Assembly: GCA_026984935.1 (NCBI GenBank)
Contig: JALSRD010000073.1
Coordinates: 4,313 to 68,312, forward strand
From: Desulfobacterales bacterium
Lineage (GTDB): Bacteria; Desulfobacterota; Desulfobacteria; Desulfobacterales; JALSRD01
Length of the DNA stretch: 64,000 nucleotides
Reading direction: 5' to 3'
The stretch's first letter is position 1. Each line of letters starts with the position of its first letter. Positions 57,070 to 64,000 of the stretch are shown piece by piece. The notes under the pieces were generated by a model. That model was not told where the DNA came from and did no database searches. It saw only the letters and a list, made by a program, of their open reading frames with translations. The translations under genes were made by a program, and so were the position numbers.

Positions 57070-58622
57070 AGGCCTTCCTCATGTACCGCAACCGGGATTT
57101 CGACCCGCAGCAGCCGTTGCCGCCCAACGAGGAGGCCCTGCGGCAGGACCTGGAACTGGACACCCTTTTCGAGGCCATGGCCCAGGAGGACGCTTTCCTG
57201 TCCAAAATCGTGAAAAAGGCGGTCTTGTCGGGTGAAAACGATCTGGAGGTCATCCGCTACCGGCAGCATGTTCTCAAGGATTGCCTGCACAAGCCGGAAG
57301 TGGTCAGGGAGATCTATGACATCACCGTGCAATCCCACGACAATAAAAAAAAGCACTGGCTGGGCATTTTCACGCGCTATCCCGGCGGCATACTGAGCAG
57401 CGCCATCGGCATGTTGGAGATGTTCGTCGGGCTGCTGAAAAAACTGCGCCGCATTGCCGGCGAATCCGCCGGGAAATTCGAGTCGGAGGGGTTTACGCGC
57501 TTTTTCGCGATGATCACACAGGAACTGGACGACGCATATTTCTCTGTCGTCGAGAATCATCTGCACGATCTTAAATTTCGTGATGGCGTTCTGCTCAGCG
57601 CTGAACTGGGACCGGGAAATGAAGGCGCCCATTACGTCCTGCGCAAGCCCAACCAGTCAGGCCGCGGCTGGATGAAGCGGGTTTTTTCCAAAAAGGCTCC
57701 CGTCTATTCCTTCAGCATTCCGCGCCGTGACGACAGCGGCGCCAGAGCGCTCGGCAAGCTGAAAGACCGGGGCATCAACCTGGCGGCCAATGCGCTGGCC
57801 CAGTCCGCTGATCACATCGATTGCTTTTTCAACATGCTGCGCGTCGAATTGGCCTTTTATATCGGATGTCTGAATCTGTACGGGCAACTTGCCCGCATCC
57901 AGGCGCCGATCACCTTCCCTGTGCCCGCAGCGTCCGGAGAACGCCGACACCACTTTACCGGGCTGTACGATGTCTGCCTGGCGCTGACCCTGCAAAAAAG
58001 CGTCGTGGGCAACGCAATCAACGCCGATGACAAGGACCTGGTGATCATCACCGGCGCCAACCAGGGCGGCAAATCCACTTTTTTGCGCAGTATCGGGCTG
58101 GCCCAGTTGATGATGCAATGCGGAATGTTCGTGCCGGCCGAGTCTTTTGGCGCGAATGTGTGCAGCGGCTTTTTCACGCACTACCGCAGGGAGGAAGATG
58201 CCAGCATGCAAAGCGGCAAGCTGGATGAGGAACTCGGCCGAATGAACGAGATCGTCAGCCGCATCACGCTCGATTCCATTGTTTTGTTCAACGAGTCATT
58301 CGCCGCCACCAACGAAAGAGAGGGCTCCGAGATTGCCCGGCAGATCGTCAGCGCGCTGGTGGAAAAGGGCATCAAGGTTTTCTTCGTAACGCATTTTTAT
58401 GAGTTCGCGCATGGCTTTTTTGAACAGGGCCGGCCGAATATCATGTTTTTGCGGGCGGAAAGACGCGCCGACGGTGTGCGGACGTTTAAATTGACCCCCG
58501 GAGAACCGCTGCCGACCAGCTATGGCGAGGACTTGTACCGCACGATATTCGAAGGCGGCCGGGGTGCCGCATGCGCGCCGGGGGCAAAATCCCGGAAATA
58601 CCGGAACACGTCCGGCGTTTGA
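57066..58622 (+). CDS. MutS-related ABC-type ATPase, partner B
   Basis: Walker A IITGANQGGKSTFLRSIG, Walker B-like IVLFNESFAATNEREG, then FVTHFYEFA. The start overlaps the partner A stop (ATGA at 57066-57069). Confidence 0.85.
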   Translation: MKAFLMYRNRDFDPQQPLPPNEEALRQDLELDTLFEAMAQEDAFLSKIVKKAVLSGENDLEVIRYRQHVLKDCLHKPEVVREIYDITVQSHDNKKKHWLGIFTRYPGGILSSAIGMLEMFVGLLKKLRRIAGESAGKFESEGFTRFFAMITQELDDAYFSVVENHLHDLKFRDGVLLSAELGPGNEGAHYVLRKPNQSGRGWMKRVFSKKAPVYSFSIPRRDDSGARALGKLKDRGINLAANALAQSADHIDCFFNMLRVELAFYIGCLNLYGQLARIQAPITFPVPAASGERRHHFTGLYDVCLALTLQKSVVGNAINADDKDLVIITGANQGGKSTFLRSIGLAQLMMQCGMFVPAESFGANVCSGFFTHYRREEDASMQSGKLDEELGRMNEIVSRITLDSIVLFNESFAATNEREGSEIARQIVSALVEKGIKVFFVTHFYEFAHGFFEQGRPNIMFLRAERRADGVRTFKLTPGEPLPTSYGEDLYRTIFEGGRGAACAPGAKSRKYRNTSGV

Positions 58623-58755
58623 CCCGGAAAACGGGGATGCCGGCGCCGGTGCACCGCCCTCCGGCCGACTCCGCCGGCCCTCCTGCAACGGCGCTGAACG
58701 CCCGGCCCGGCAGTCGGCCCGATTTTGTACAGCGCCCAGGATGTCCTGCTGGAGC

Positions 58756-59619
58756 TCAGGCCCCGTGTGAGCGGTCGTAGCCGTTGGGCGCCGGCGGCCG
58801 CCAGCCGGAAAGCAGGCCGTCGGCCGGGCGCAGGATCTCCACCAGAAGGGGGTAGCAGCGGGCTTTATCGCTGGAATGCTCGGCGCTGCAGTCGCCCCCC
58901 GGACAGGCCGAGAGCGCACCCAGAAGCCCGATTTCGGCAAAAAACTCCAGAAAGTCGCCGGGGCGCACGGGACTCGCTTTCATGAAATACTGGCCGCTGT
59001 CCCGGGCAAAGCCTGTGCACATGAAGACGTTCAGCACGTCGTGCACATACGCTTCGGCTTTGGCCAGCGGCATTCCGGTCTCGACCGCCAGTGCACGTGT
59101 GAGGTTGGAATGGCAGCAGTGGTGGTACTGGCCGCCGGACAGAAGGTTGTGCGTGTAAGGATCGCAGCGTGTGCCGATCACGTCGTGAACGCTGGCGCCG
59201 AATTCATCGAAGCCGTACCAGTCCAGCGTGTCGGCGGTGATCGTGGCCATGGGGCGAAAGTACGGGAAGCACGACCATATTCTGTCGCCGGTGGAAAGGT
59301 GCGTGCCATGCAGCGCACGGGTCTTGCCGGAATAGAAGCGTTCGCCAAGATTGTCGGCGCTCCAGAGGTTCAGGTCGCCCACTTGCGGGCCTTCGACGCT
59401 GATGATGCGGAAGAAATGGCCTGCCGGCACGCGAAAACAGCGCGCATCGCGGGGTGGGACCATAACCTCGGCGATCTTTTCTGTTTTTTCCCGCGCGGTG
59501 CGGTACAGCGCCATGTCCGGCAGCGGCAGGGTGTCGGTCGGATAGCAGATGACCGGCCGCACGGCGCGGCGTGCGGAGGCGTCGGCAGGTGGCGCGGTCT
59601 GTGGTTGGTCTGGCTTCAT
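58756..59619 (-). CDS. DUF1989 / urea-carboxylase-associated-family protein
   Basis: RCFRVPAGHFFRIISVEGPQVGDLNLW, YSGKTRALHGTHLSTGDRIWS and GTRCDPYTHNLL are typical of this family. GAGG lies 6 nt before ATG 59619. Alternative start at 59631. Confidence 0.82.
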   Translation of the reverse strand: MKPDQPQTAPPADASARRAVRPVICYPTDTLPLPDMALYRTAREKTEKIAEVMVPPRDARCFRVPAGHFFRIISVEGPQVGDLNLWSADNLGERFYSGKTRALHGTHLSTGDRIWSCFPYFRPMATITADTLDWYGFDEFGASVHDVIGTRCDPYTHNLLSGGQYHHCCHSNLTRALAVETGMPLAKAEAYVHDVLNVFMCTGFARDSGQYFMKASPVRPGDFLEFFAEIGLLGALSACPGGDCSAEHSSDKARCYPLLVEILRPADGLLSGWRPPAPNGYDRSHGA

Positions 59620-59929
59620 CGCAAACCTCATTTGCTCTTATGCGGCTGGCTGCAGGAATGGCGAATCGGGCCCGCAGCGGTTCCCGGGGTTGTTTTAAAA
59701 TATCCGAGTATAACGATAAAGGGCCGGGGTGTCAATGACCGGGGATATCCGCCGCGGGAAAGGTGAAAGGGGGAAATCGTTTTTCAAATCCCCCGGCAGG
59801 CATGTGCCGGACGCAAAAGCGGGACATGCCGGCCGGTCGTCTGTTTGTGATCTGCACCTATTTTCGATGCCGCCTTTACTCAGGGCGGGAAAGCTTGGCC
59901 CTTCACGATTTGGGGCGTTGCAAAAGCGC

Positions 59930-59957
59930 TTGACAAGTGCCGCCGGTTAGATACAAT
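59930..59957 (+). promoter_or_regulatory. Strong sigma-70-type promoter
   Basis: TTGACA (59930-59935), a 16-nt spacer, then TACAAT (59952-59957). Predicted TSS near 59964. Confidence 0.55.
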
Positions 59958-59963
59958 CAAGCG

Positions 59964-60150
59964 TCAAAGCGTGCTTGAGGGCAAAGAAGTCTGCCCGAAC
60001 CCTGCGCTCTTGCAAACAAGGGCCGCAGTGATGACTTCTGCTGCGGGGAAGCTTATTCAAGGCCCCGGGCGGAAGACATCTGCGCAGGCTATTTTTTCCC
60101 GAAGTCAGTTTTTTCCTTCCCGCCCGGACCCGCAGGGCGGGTTTTTATTT
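59964..60150 (+). ncRNA. Candidate ~185-nt structured leader (riboswitch/attenuator) or sRNA, unclassified
   Basis: Bounded by the promoter above and the terminator below. Nested helices 60001-07/60082-88 and 60023-28/60041-46. Alternative pairing of 60065-60075 with 60116-60127 competes with the terminator. Confidence 0.45.
60119..60150 (+). terminator. Intrinsic terminator
   Basis: CCCGCCC (60119-60125) pairs with GGGCGGG (60135-60141) across a 9-nt loop, followed by TTTTTATTT (60142-60150). It ends 39 nt upstream of the 60189 start. Confidence 0.7.
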
Positions 60151-60188
60151 CATGCGGCCGCAATCCAAACAGGTACAGGCGGAAAACC

Positions 60189-61661
60189 GTGAAGGACTCC
60201 GTGGAAAAACAGGTGCCGCCGACGGTGAAAGGGAAAAACCGGCTGCGGGATTTTTTCGTCCGGCGGCGGGTTCCCGAACCCGGGTTTACCGAACTGGAAC
60301 TCAAACACGTACTGGAAAAAAGGGGTTGCCCCGTCTGCCGGCTGACCGCGGGATGCGAACGCGACTACTTTTTTGGTTTTCTGCACGAGGGCTACACCCT
60401 GCTGGAGGTGATCGATAAGCTGACGGCCAGCCTCGGCTTCTGCAGTGCCCATGGGCATTATCTGGTGCATTATACCAACGGTCTGCACCAGGCGGCTTTC
60501 GTACACCAGATCGTCAGCCGGCGCATATATGAAGCCCTGCGGTCAGCGGGCGGCCGCCCGCTGCCGCCGGGCCTTGCCGACGGCGATGCGACCCGGCTGT
60601 GCCCGGCCTGTACGAGTCGTTCCGAAAGCGCCGGGCGGGCGGTTTTCTTCCTGGCCAAGCTCCTCAAAGAGGCACACGTGCAGCGGCAGTACGGCCATCC
60701 CGGGATGCTCTGTCTGCCCCATTTGCAGCAGATCGCTCCGCACTTGGCCGATGATGTGCTGGCAATGCTGCTGGATATACACGCACAGCGGCTGGCATCC
60801 GTGTTTGCGGCCGCTGCAAATGATGGGCCGGCGCCGGCCGAAAGCCGCAAGGCATGGCGTGCCGATGCGCTGCATGCAACAGTGGGCCATGACGACGGCC
60901 TGGGTGGTTTTCTGCCGTCGGCCGCCAGCGGAACCCCAAGCGTGCCGGTGGAAAGTGTCGATGGGCTGCAAAAAGACCTGGAGCGCCGTGATGCCTGCCC
61001 GGTGTGCCTGGCGGTGGGCCGCGTCTGGCGTACCTGGGCGGTCTGGTTCGAAAGCACCGGCGGGCGCGAAGATAAAATCGAGGACCTGTTGCCGCGCTGT
61101 CCGCGGCATGTGTGGGCGCTGTTGCACACCGCCGGTCCCCGGCTGACCCGGCGGGTGCTGCGAAACATGCTGCAGCTGGCCGGTATGCAGGTGAACTTCG
61201 CCCTCGGGAAACTGCGTCAAAAGCCGCCGCCGACGTGTTTCAGAGACCTGCAAGGGGCCTTTGGGCGCCTGTTTAGACTCAGCGACAGCGACACACGCCT
61301 GGCGCGTCAATCCCTGGCCCGTGGTCCCAACTGCCCGGTCTGCCGGCGGTTGGACGTCGCCGGTGAACGGACCCTCCGACTGCTGTTCCGCATGCTGACG
61401 TTGCCGCATCACCAGGCACAGTACGCGGCCGGCCACGGGCTGTGCCTCAAACACTTTGCCGCCGCCATGGCCATGCAGCCCGGGGCGCAGCTGAAGGATT
61501 TTTTGTGCCGCACACAGGCCGCCGGGCTGGGGCTGCTGGAGTGGGAGCTCTCCGAATACCTGCGCAAAGCGGCCTGGCAGGCGCGTCCGGATCCACCGGG
61601 AGACGAACAGCGCGCCCCACGCCATGCGGTTGTGCGCTTTTCCGGTTGGATGGAATATTGA
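60189..61661 (+). CDS. Cys/His-rich hypothetical protein with four CPxC-x30-34-CxxH modules (490 aa)
   Basis: CPVC...GFCSAH; CPAC...LCLPH; CPVC...RCPRH; CPVC...LCLKH. C-terminal LEWELSEYLRKAAW...RFSGW. GTG start (60189, or 60201 with AAGGA upstream). There is no ATG near the 5' end. Confidence 0.7.
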   Translation: MKDSVEKQVPPTVKGKNRLRDFFVRRRVPEPGFTELELKHVLEKRGCPVCRLTAGCERDYFFGFLHEGYTLLEVIDKLTASLGFCSAHGHYLVHYTNGLHQAAFVHQIVSRRIYEALRSAGGRPLPPGLADGDATRLCPACTSRSESAGRAVFFLAKLLKEAHVQRQYGHPGMLCLPHLQQIAPHLADDVLAMLLDIHAQRLASVFAAAANDGPAPAESRKAWRADALHATVGHDDGLGGFLPSAASGTPSVPVESVDGLQKDLERRDACPVCLAVGRVWRTWAVWFESTGGREDKIEDLLPRCPRHVWALLHTAGPRLTRRVLRNMLQLAGMQVNFALGKLRQKPPPTCFRDLQGAFGRLFRLSDSDTRLARQSLARGPNCPVCRRLDVAGERTLRLLFRMLTLPHHQAQYAAGHGLCLKHFAAAMAMQPGAQLKDFLCRTQAAGLGLLEWELSEYLRKAAWQARPDPPGDEQRAPRHAVVRFSGWMEY

Positions 61662-61719
61662 AAACCGGGCCGCATCGGCGCGGCAGCCGGACATCGAGCC
61701 ACATGGAGCCCGCCAACCG

Positions 61720-62382
61720 ATGAACATACCCTGCTTTGTGGGGCGCCGATGCGAAATGCGCGTCATTGCGAAAACGCTGGCGCAGGGGCGCAATCTGGTG
61801 GTTACGGGAAAGTACGGCAGCGGCCGCACCCGCCTGCTGCGTCAGGCGGCACGCACCGTCTGCTGCCGCCGGCCTTTTTTTTTCACGGATTTTTCACGTC
61901 CGCCGGCCGCTGTCTGCAGCCAGCTGCTCAAACAGCTGCAGCCCACCCGGGAAGCGGCCGCGAAACCGGTGCGCCGAAGCCATAGAGTCGCCCGCCGAAT
62001 GCTGCTGGAAGTGGAATTGGTGTACGACCGGCCGCCGGTGATTGTTTTAGACAATGTGGAAACCGTTACCCCCCAGCGGCTGGCTTTTCTGCAGGAACTC
62101 GTTTTTGCCGACCGCTTCCGGTTGGTGGCCATTGCGGAAAGCTTTCTTTCCGCGGAAGATCTCTTTGCGCTGCGGGCCGCACTGGGCGCCGGGGCGCTGC
62201 TCAAACTGCAAAACCTGAAGCACTCCCAGGCGGTGGAGTGCTTTCGCCGTTTTGCAGCCGAACACGCCCTGGACTGGGACGAAGCACGCATCCTGCAGCT
62301 GGCCGCCGCATCAGGAGGCTATCCGCTGCGGATCACCGAAACGCTGAAAAGCGCCTGTGAAACCGGAAACGCTGTTGATTGA
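61720..62382 (+). CDS. Small AAA/STAND-like NTPase-domain protein with a degenerate Walker A (Lys replaced by Arg)
   Basis: F-V-G-R-R-x-E-M ... NLVVTGKYGSGRTRLL (GxxGxGRT), Walker B-like VIVLDNVE, C-terminal ...SGGYPLRI. GGAG lies 11 nt before ATG 61720. Confidence 0.68.
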   Translation: MNIPCFVGRRCEMRVIAKTLAQGRNLVVTGKYGSGRTRLLRQAARTVCCRRPFFFTDFSRPPAAVCSQLLKQLQPTREAAAKPVRRSHRVARRMLLEVELVYDRPPVIVLDNVETVTPQRLAFLQELVFADRFRLVAIAESFLSAEDLFALRAALGAGALLKLQNLKHSQAVECFRRFAAEHALDWDEARILQLAAASGGYPLRITETLKSACETGNAVD

Positions 62383-62411
62383 GCACCAACGCAGCTATCC
62401 GGCCGGACCTG

Positions 62412-63641
62412 TCAATGCTTCCTGTTTATACCGCCGTTAAATTTCTTTCTGCGAACAAGTGCCGCCAGGGAGGGAATGGCGGCCGCCTCGCAGGCCACCG
62501 CAAAGATAATCAGCAGGGTGATGGATTGATCGTAGAGCAGCCCCATGAGTGTACTGCCCAGGAACCAGCCGGCACCGTAAATGCTGTTGAAAATGCCATA
62601 GGCCCGGCCGCGGTGGGAGAGCGGGGTCAGGTCGGCAAGGGCTGCGCGCATGACGGTTTCATGGATGCCCATGACCGCCCCCCACAGGATGACACTGCAA
62701 ACGGCTGCCGGGATGTTGCTGCCGAAGGCCAGAAAGGGAATGGGCGCCGTCAGCAGGGGGACAGTGGCCAGCATTTTCATGCCGCTGCGGTCATAGAGAC
62801 GACCCGTGATCAAGGCGACGACGGCATCCACGCCCATGGCAACCGCGTAGAGCACTGGGATTTGTGCTGCACTTAAAACGGCGCGTACCTTGAAATGATA
62901 GGCCATGATCTGGAAGCTGGCAAACCCCGCCACGCTCAGGAAGGTAAACAGGCTGTACGTCCAGAAAATGCGCGGTAGCCGGCTGTGCTGCGCGTCGGCG
63001 GCCGGCGCCTGGTCCTTTTCCAGGGCCGCCGGTGCAGGTACTTTTTGCCGGGCGCAGAACAGCACCGCCAGGCACAGCAGGGCGGAAGCCCACATCCAGG
63101 CAAATCCCTGCCGGTAGCTGCCCTGCAGGGCGAAAGCGGCGGCAAAGACCAACGGGCCGAGCACGGCACCGGTTTGGTCCAGGGCTTCGTGAATGCCGAA
63201 ACCCATGCCCCGACCCACCTGAATGGTGGCGTGCGAGAGAATGGTGTCGCGGGCTGGCGTGCGGATGCCCTTGCCCATGCGTTCGGCGACCAACAGCAGG
63301 GCGGCGCTCTGCCAGTGGCCGGCCAAGGCCAGCAGGGGAATGGCGCAGATCAGTCCGTAACCCAGGAAGGTGAGCGTCCAGTAAGCCCGGCTGCGGTCGG
63401 CCAGGTAACCGGAAACCAGACGCAAGGCGTAGCCCAGAAACTCACCGGTACCGGCTACCAGACCCACCATACCGGCGCTGGCGCCCAGTACCGCCAGGTA
63501 CGGGCCACTGATGCTGCGCGCTCCTTCATAGGTAATGTCTCCGAAAAGGGAGACGATCCCCATCATGACGATGAGTTGCATAGCCGTTTGCCGTAAACTG
63601 GAAGGTAGCTGGGCAGATTCTTTTGCCGGTTTGGAACGCAT
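62412..63641 (-). CDS. MFS transporter
   Basis: 409 aa with ~12 hydrophobic segments. MFS loop motif (GYLADRSRAYW). Confidence 0.9.
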   Translation of the reverse strand: MRSKPAKESAQLPSSLRQTAMQLIVMMGIVSLFGDITYEGARSISGPYLAVLGASAGMVGLVAGTGEFLGYALRLVSGYLADRSRAYWTLTFLGYGLICAIPLLALAGHWQSAALLLVAERMGKGIRTPARDTILSHATIQVGRGMGFGIHEALDQTGAVLGPLVFAAAFALQGSYRQGFAWMWASALLCLAVLFCARQKVPAPAALEKDQAPAADAQHSRLPRIFWTYSLFTFLSVAGFASFQIMAYHFKVRAVLSAAQIPVLYAVAMGVDAVVALITGRLYDRSGMKMLATVPLLTAPIPFLAFGSNIPAAVCSVILWGAVMGIHETVMRAALADLTPLSHRGRAYGIFNSIYGAGWFLGSTLMGLLYDQSITLLIIFAVACEAAAIPSLAALVRRKKFNGGINRKH

Positions 63642-63689
63642 CGTCTATCTTACGATTCGAGTCCGTAGAAGCAATCGCCGGGGCCCTTT

Positions 63690-63801
63690 GGGCTCGCGCA
63701 ACAATAAGTTCGCAGATTTTTGGCGTTGTGGCACCTGCCCGCGCCAAGCGCGGCAGCCAGGCGGGATGTATCGGCGTTTAAAATGGGACGTTATTTTTGC
63801 G
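63690..63801. repeat. Bipartite conserved noncoding element, copy 2 (block A 63690-63732, block B 63772-63801)
   Basis: See copy 1 at 40314-40462. Here the central spacer forms the hairpin CTGCC(C)GCGC-CAA-GCGCGGCAG. Confidence 0.85.
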
Positions 63802-64000
63802 CGAGTCCTAAGACCGCGTTATCCTTCACAGGGTCGGTATGTACGCAGCCAGAGAGCCTGTGTGGCCTTGTGATGCGTATAGACCGTTTTTTGCCTCCAG
63901 GTCAACAACAGCAGCCCCAGCGGCAAGTATTTTCGTGAAAAGCGCAGGTAGTTTTTCGTCGATGGAAGGCCATCTGGGCAGCCGGCGCTGCCCCTTGAAG

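Noticed and set aside
59964-60118. Match of the leader to known riboswitch classes: GGGCAAAG and TTGCAAAC resemble c-di-GMP-I, and GUGAUGACUUCUG resembles the fluoride motif.
   Set aside because: In c-di-GMP-I the GGCAAA and GCAAAG elements sit in a different helical context, whereas here GGGCA is itself base-paired. The fluoride core (GGCGAUGG...CUGAUGAUGCCUAC) is not present, and the downstream genes do not fit. It is kept as an unclassified leader instead.
59971-60192. A 73-aa ORF spanning the leader, considered as a genuine small protein gene.
   Set aside because: It would be nearly leaderless from the predicted TSS, has no RBS and weaker GC3 bias, and its sequence is dictated by the terminator hairpin. 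It is retained only as a possible regulatory uORF within the leader finding.
63645-63680. tRNA-like T-arm (TACGA-TTCGAGT-CCGTA) that might be a tRNA fragment or att site.
   Set aside because: The loop-closing pair is an A-C mismatch. No D-arm, anticodon arm or acceptor stem can be built, and no integrase is nearby.
63826-64000. Open minus-strand frame running from the window edge to a TGA at 63826-63828 (...IDEKLPALFTKILAAGAAVVDLEAKNGLYASQGHTGSLAAYIPTL*).
   Set aside because: Only 57 codons are visible, GC3 is lower than in confirmed genes, and no motif is present. It could be the 3' end of a real gene, but it cannot be supported from this window.

Overview
This is a GC-rich bacterial chromosomal segment. 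A UGA-Sec Prx-like gene, B12-type NrdJ with NrdR boxes, a sigma-54 promoter and HDFNNIL-type hybrid kinases suggest a Desulfobacterota-like organism, but that is inference only. About 47 protein genes can be supported, and I found no rRNA, tRNA, CRISPR array or recognisable mobile element. Most long ORFs in the track that lie antisense to these genes are high-GC artefacts.

Housekeeping content: glpK, citrate synthase, polA, nadE, typA, trmO, miaA, a class-I disulfide oxidoreductase, htrA, murJ, nrdJ, an lrp-gcvH-gcvPA-gcvPB-lipB-lipA cluster, an acyl-CoA synthetase, two EamA transporters and an MFS transporter. Signalling content: an RR-GGDEF protein, two hybrid histidine kinases, a cNMP-binding methyltransferase and a double-receiver PEP/pyruvate-binding protein.

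Observations worth a second look:
1. A sigma-54-driven tandem pair of Cys-rich GcvH-fold proteins that lack the lipoyl lysine (20.9-22.9 kb).
2. A peroxiredoxin-like gene split in the ORF track by an in-frame TGA. It reads W-U-P-Y-C and has a SECIS-like hairpin downstream (49.3-50.0 kb).
3. An uncharacterised locus at 54.4-62.4 kb. It holds two paralogous CxxC...CxxH proteins, a translationally coupled pair of MutS-domain-V-like ATPases, and a strong promoter with a ~185-nt terminator/antiterminator leader in front of a Cys-rich protein plus degenerate AAA-like ATPase operon.
4. A conserved bipartite noncoding element present twice (40.3 kb and 63.7 kb).
5. An AT-rich convergent intergenic region with a promoter, operator-like palindromes and mutually exclusive hairpins (28.7-29.0 kb).
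6. A small protein with an internal 72-bp duplication that is 100% identical (9.7-10.0 kb).

All functional calls rest on motif recognition by eye. No database search was run.
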